Assembly (NCBI GenBank): GCA_009103225.1
Contig: RHPI01000810.1
Coordinates: forward strand, 847,909 to 911,908
Length of the DNA: 64,000 bases
Direction: 5' to 3'
From: Chlorokybus atmophyticus
Taxonomy: Eukaryota > Plantae > Mesostigma and Chlorokybus algae
Below the pieces are notes generated by a model. That model was not told where the DNA came from, ran no database searches, and worked only from the letters and a program-made list of their open reading frames with translations. Positions 60,939 to 64,000 of the stretch are shown here, one piece after another; within the stretch, counting starts at the first letter, position 1, and each line of letters begins with the position of its first letter. Made by a program: the position numbers and the translations under genes.

Positions 60939-63900
60939 TGTAACGGGAGCAATAATAATAGGGGTATTATTGCTACATAAATAACACATTTTGTATGAAT
61001 AAGTATTTAAATATGCTTATTTATACCTCTTTTCTACGGTTCCTTGCTTATTAAAAGCTATGATGCTTTATCATAGCTTAAATAAGTCCCAATGGGTGTA
61101 GAACCGCTTATTCAAGCCTATTTAGTGTCACATTTAATATAATGTGATCACTATCTCGTTAGGTACCTTATATTAGGTATCTTTGGATAGATACCTTATC
61201 GATAGGTACCTTATCTGAGCTGTGATTGGCTCACGCTAGATTTCCTAACTACCCTATCTGTAGGGTCGATGTCTAGTTGTGAGTTAATTATCGAGAGGTA
61301 TATAGTTAATGTACTCTTGATATAAAAGGTCACATCAATCTGATGTGGGGACTTTCAGTTCTCTGCTCAGTGGCGGCCACGCCGTTGAAAGGCTTGTCAT
61401 AGGCGGTGTGGGTGTTGGGGTAGAGGATTGAAGGGGCATCACCGGCGACGGTGGTGCTGTTACATTGGTATCCAGGAGCTGGGGGGTGACGTGGGTACTT
61501 ATAGGGGGCGGCGACCTGCTTTCGGCCAATCAGAAGGCGTCGGTGGCGGCCTCCTATTCGTCCACGCAGCTCAGGCTTCAAGTTCGCTTCCCTGCGCTAC
61601 CTCCACGTTGAAGCCACCTATCAAAGAGGCGGCCTCTCCACGTGTGAGGTACCATCACACACGTCGGTGACTTGCCTGCTTGCCTGGTTCTTGCCAGGTG
61701 CACGTGTGTATTTTCATGCACATCATACAGTGACTTGCCAGTGCACTATAATTACTTGCAGTGATTGCCTGTCATTGCATGCGATGATTGCGGCTTGCTA
61801 GTGTGCCATCACTGTTTGTCACACTTAGTGCACTATCATTGCTTGCAGTGATTGCCTGTCATTGCATGCGGTGATTGCTTGTCATTGTGCTGGCCAGTGC
61901 ATGTCACGGTTAGTCACCGTACGGCTTGCCTGTTGCATGCCTGTGGCTTGCCTGTTGCATGCCTGTGACGTACCTGTGACCTGCCAGCGGCTTTACCGAG
62001 ACGTTTGACTCAGGTCCGTAAGTTCCAAACCAAACTGTTCCCAAACCCTCCCCCTCTGGCTTCGGCCTGAAGATCGGGACTAGGTTAGAACAGTTGTGGG
62101 GAGGTTCTAGGACATTCTGTTCCCAAACCCTGTTAGTCTGAAACCCTCCCCCTCTGGCTTCGGCCTGGAGATTGGGACTTGGTTGAGGACAACACAGGGT
62201 TAGGACATTCTGGTCCCACTCAGACTTGTTCTGTCTGGTGACACTCCAGATCCAACCTTTCCTACTTTGGGATTAGTTTGGACTCTGCTTGGGACTTTTA
62301 CAACTTAGGGTCATTTTTATCCTCTCGTTGAACTTAGTCCATTGGTGAGGTTCTCACCATCCCATTCTGCCTGTTTTGCAAACAAATGGAAGAAAACTCG
62401 GTGCCCACCTCAAAAGGGGAGAGCTCGAAAAAAGAGCAACCTTCCCGCGAGGAGGAATTTCCATCCATGAAAGATATTCCGAATCCGGATGATGCACCTG
62501 ATGAGTCTCAAGCTGCCTAAGCTGCGAAAGCTTCAGTGGATAATAGATCACCTTTTATATTCCCTGAGTTTTCTATTCGCATGACACAGCAGGACTTAAT
62601 GGAGCATTTCCTCAGCACCTATAATCAGGACCCTCGTAAGGCAATTATCTCACTTGTGAACTTTCTCTTCCTTTTGGCAGAAAAAGTTTCAAAGCTCACC
62701 ACCTTTATGGGGCGAGATTGGGAGGGGCAGATGGGTGAAGGCAAACGTTTTCTGAACATGATCGAGCGTCTTCAACGTGCTGATGGTGGTCCACCTGTTC
62801 AAGCTCTTGCTCGTCCTGCCGAGTTTATTCCCAACAAGCAAGCGGCCATCTTCGACTGGCTTGTGAAGCTGCGACACTATGTCAACTCCCTTCACATTTC
62901 TGAGGAGGGGAAATTGCGTGTAGCTGAGTTGCTGGTCCAAACGATGCTCTGGCAGAGTGGTACCGCCGTAAGCAACGGGATACAAACCTCGGGCGGGAAG
63001 TAAATCAGTTGTGCTCTTTCATGGAGCAGCGCTATGGTGGCGCAGATCCTGCCCAGGTTGCTCGCAACCAGCTGCACAACCTGCGTCAGAACGAGCGTCC
63101 GGTTCAACAGTATATCCAGGATTTTCAATCGTTTGTCAGCAAGATCAATGCTGGCAAACTACCTATCAGTGATGCTGATCAGCTGAATATGTTCAGGCGT
63201 GGCTTGGACACAGATCTCGTGCAGCATGTGGCCGTCAACCCCGCCAGTTTGCAAGAGTGGGCCTCGACGGATTTACCAATGCTGATGCAGATGGTTGCTG
63301 CTGTGGACAGTGTAAAGCGCTCTCACGCCAACATGCAAACTACGGCAAAAGAGGCAGCCCCGGTTTCAGCTGCAAAGCGCCCGGCCACTGACAACAAACC
63401 TTTTGTGAAAAAGGCAAAACCATCTCATCCTACTAGCCCCTACAACGCGGTCAAATCCATCATCACTTGCAGTTTCTGCAAGAAGACAGGTTATAGGGAG
63501 GCTAAGTGCTATGCAAAACAGAATGCACAGAAGGCCAAGCAGCAGAGAGACAAGAAATAGGAATTGTCCGTGGTTGGTAGCTTAGTCGAGCAGAACGACT
63601 TTAAAAACTCTGTACTTCTTGAAAAAGTTTCCTCTCTTTGTGATGTATCAGATGTATGGACTGATATGAGCACACCACCTGTGTTGACAAATGCAAACGG
63701 TTGTGTTTTAATCAATGTTCCATTCTCTAAATTAGTAACTGCTGTTAAGCGCTTACACGAGTTGCAATTACAACATGCTGTCACTGCATGTGTAGTTATC
63801 CCTCGATATCATGGCCCGTGGTCGCGATTGTTGAAGGGGGGAGAAGTAATCATGCAACTCTCACTCAAAGATACAGGAGCTTCACCGTTGCACGTGATCT

Positions 63901-64000
63901 TTATCAAGTCTGCTACCAATCACGGCACTCCGACATTAGCTACATTTGATAGTCACTCAGTGCCACTCAAATGGAGATTTGAGAGTCAACTTATGGGTAC
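60939..64000 (+). mobile_element. Ty3/gypsy element C, 5' part (LTR, PBS, gag, start of pol), running off the window
   Basis: Putative LTR 60939-61464 (TGTAAC..GTTACA; left end inferred). PBS-like TGGTATCCAGGAGC at 61466-61479. gag 62386-63560 has a premature TAA and a frameshift, and is similar to A/B gag (RPAEF..IFDWL, RNQLHNLRQN, CSFCKKTGYREAKC). Confidence 0.85.
61750..62170 (+). repeat. Short direct repeats in the element C leader
   Basis: cttgcagtgattgcctgtcattgcatgcg x2, ggcttgcctgttgcatgcctgt x2, aaaccctccccctctggcttcggcctg x2. Confidence 0.75.

Overview
Intron-rich eukaryotic nuclear DNA, most likely from an early-diverging green or streptophyte alga. This is inferred from plant-like orthologues, plastid transit peptides and a nuclear-encoded plastid HU protein. 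Host genes: 3' part of importin-4, plastid GDT1/PAM71-HL-like Mn/Ca transporter, IDM2/IDM3-like alpha-crystallin-domain protein, NUP85, HU-like nucleoid protein, two tandem TIGR00027/LCM-type SAM methyltransferases, URI1-like prefoldin, TIM8 and CCDC12/Cwf18. About half of the window is transposons. These are two intron-containing pogo/Fot1-like elements, a decayed spliced Crypton (tyrosine recombinase plus GCR1_C domain), two nested chromodomain Ty3/gypsy elements (A, with B inside it), a third related element (C) running off the right edge, and a TRIM family with 79-bp LTRs. Most notable: all three gypsy elements have gag and pol in one frame separated by a single TAG followed by GA, which suggests readthrough. 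Immediately after that stop each carries a degenerate DNA adenine-methyltransferase-like domain ahead of the protease. The LTRs contain covarying hairpins, and one TRIM insertion has two U5 ends. All protein assignments come from motif recognition by eye, not database searches. There are five N gaps.
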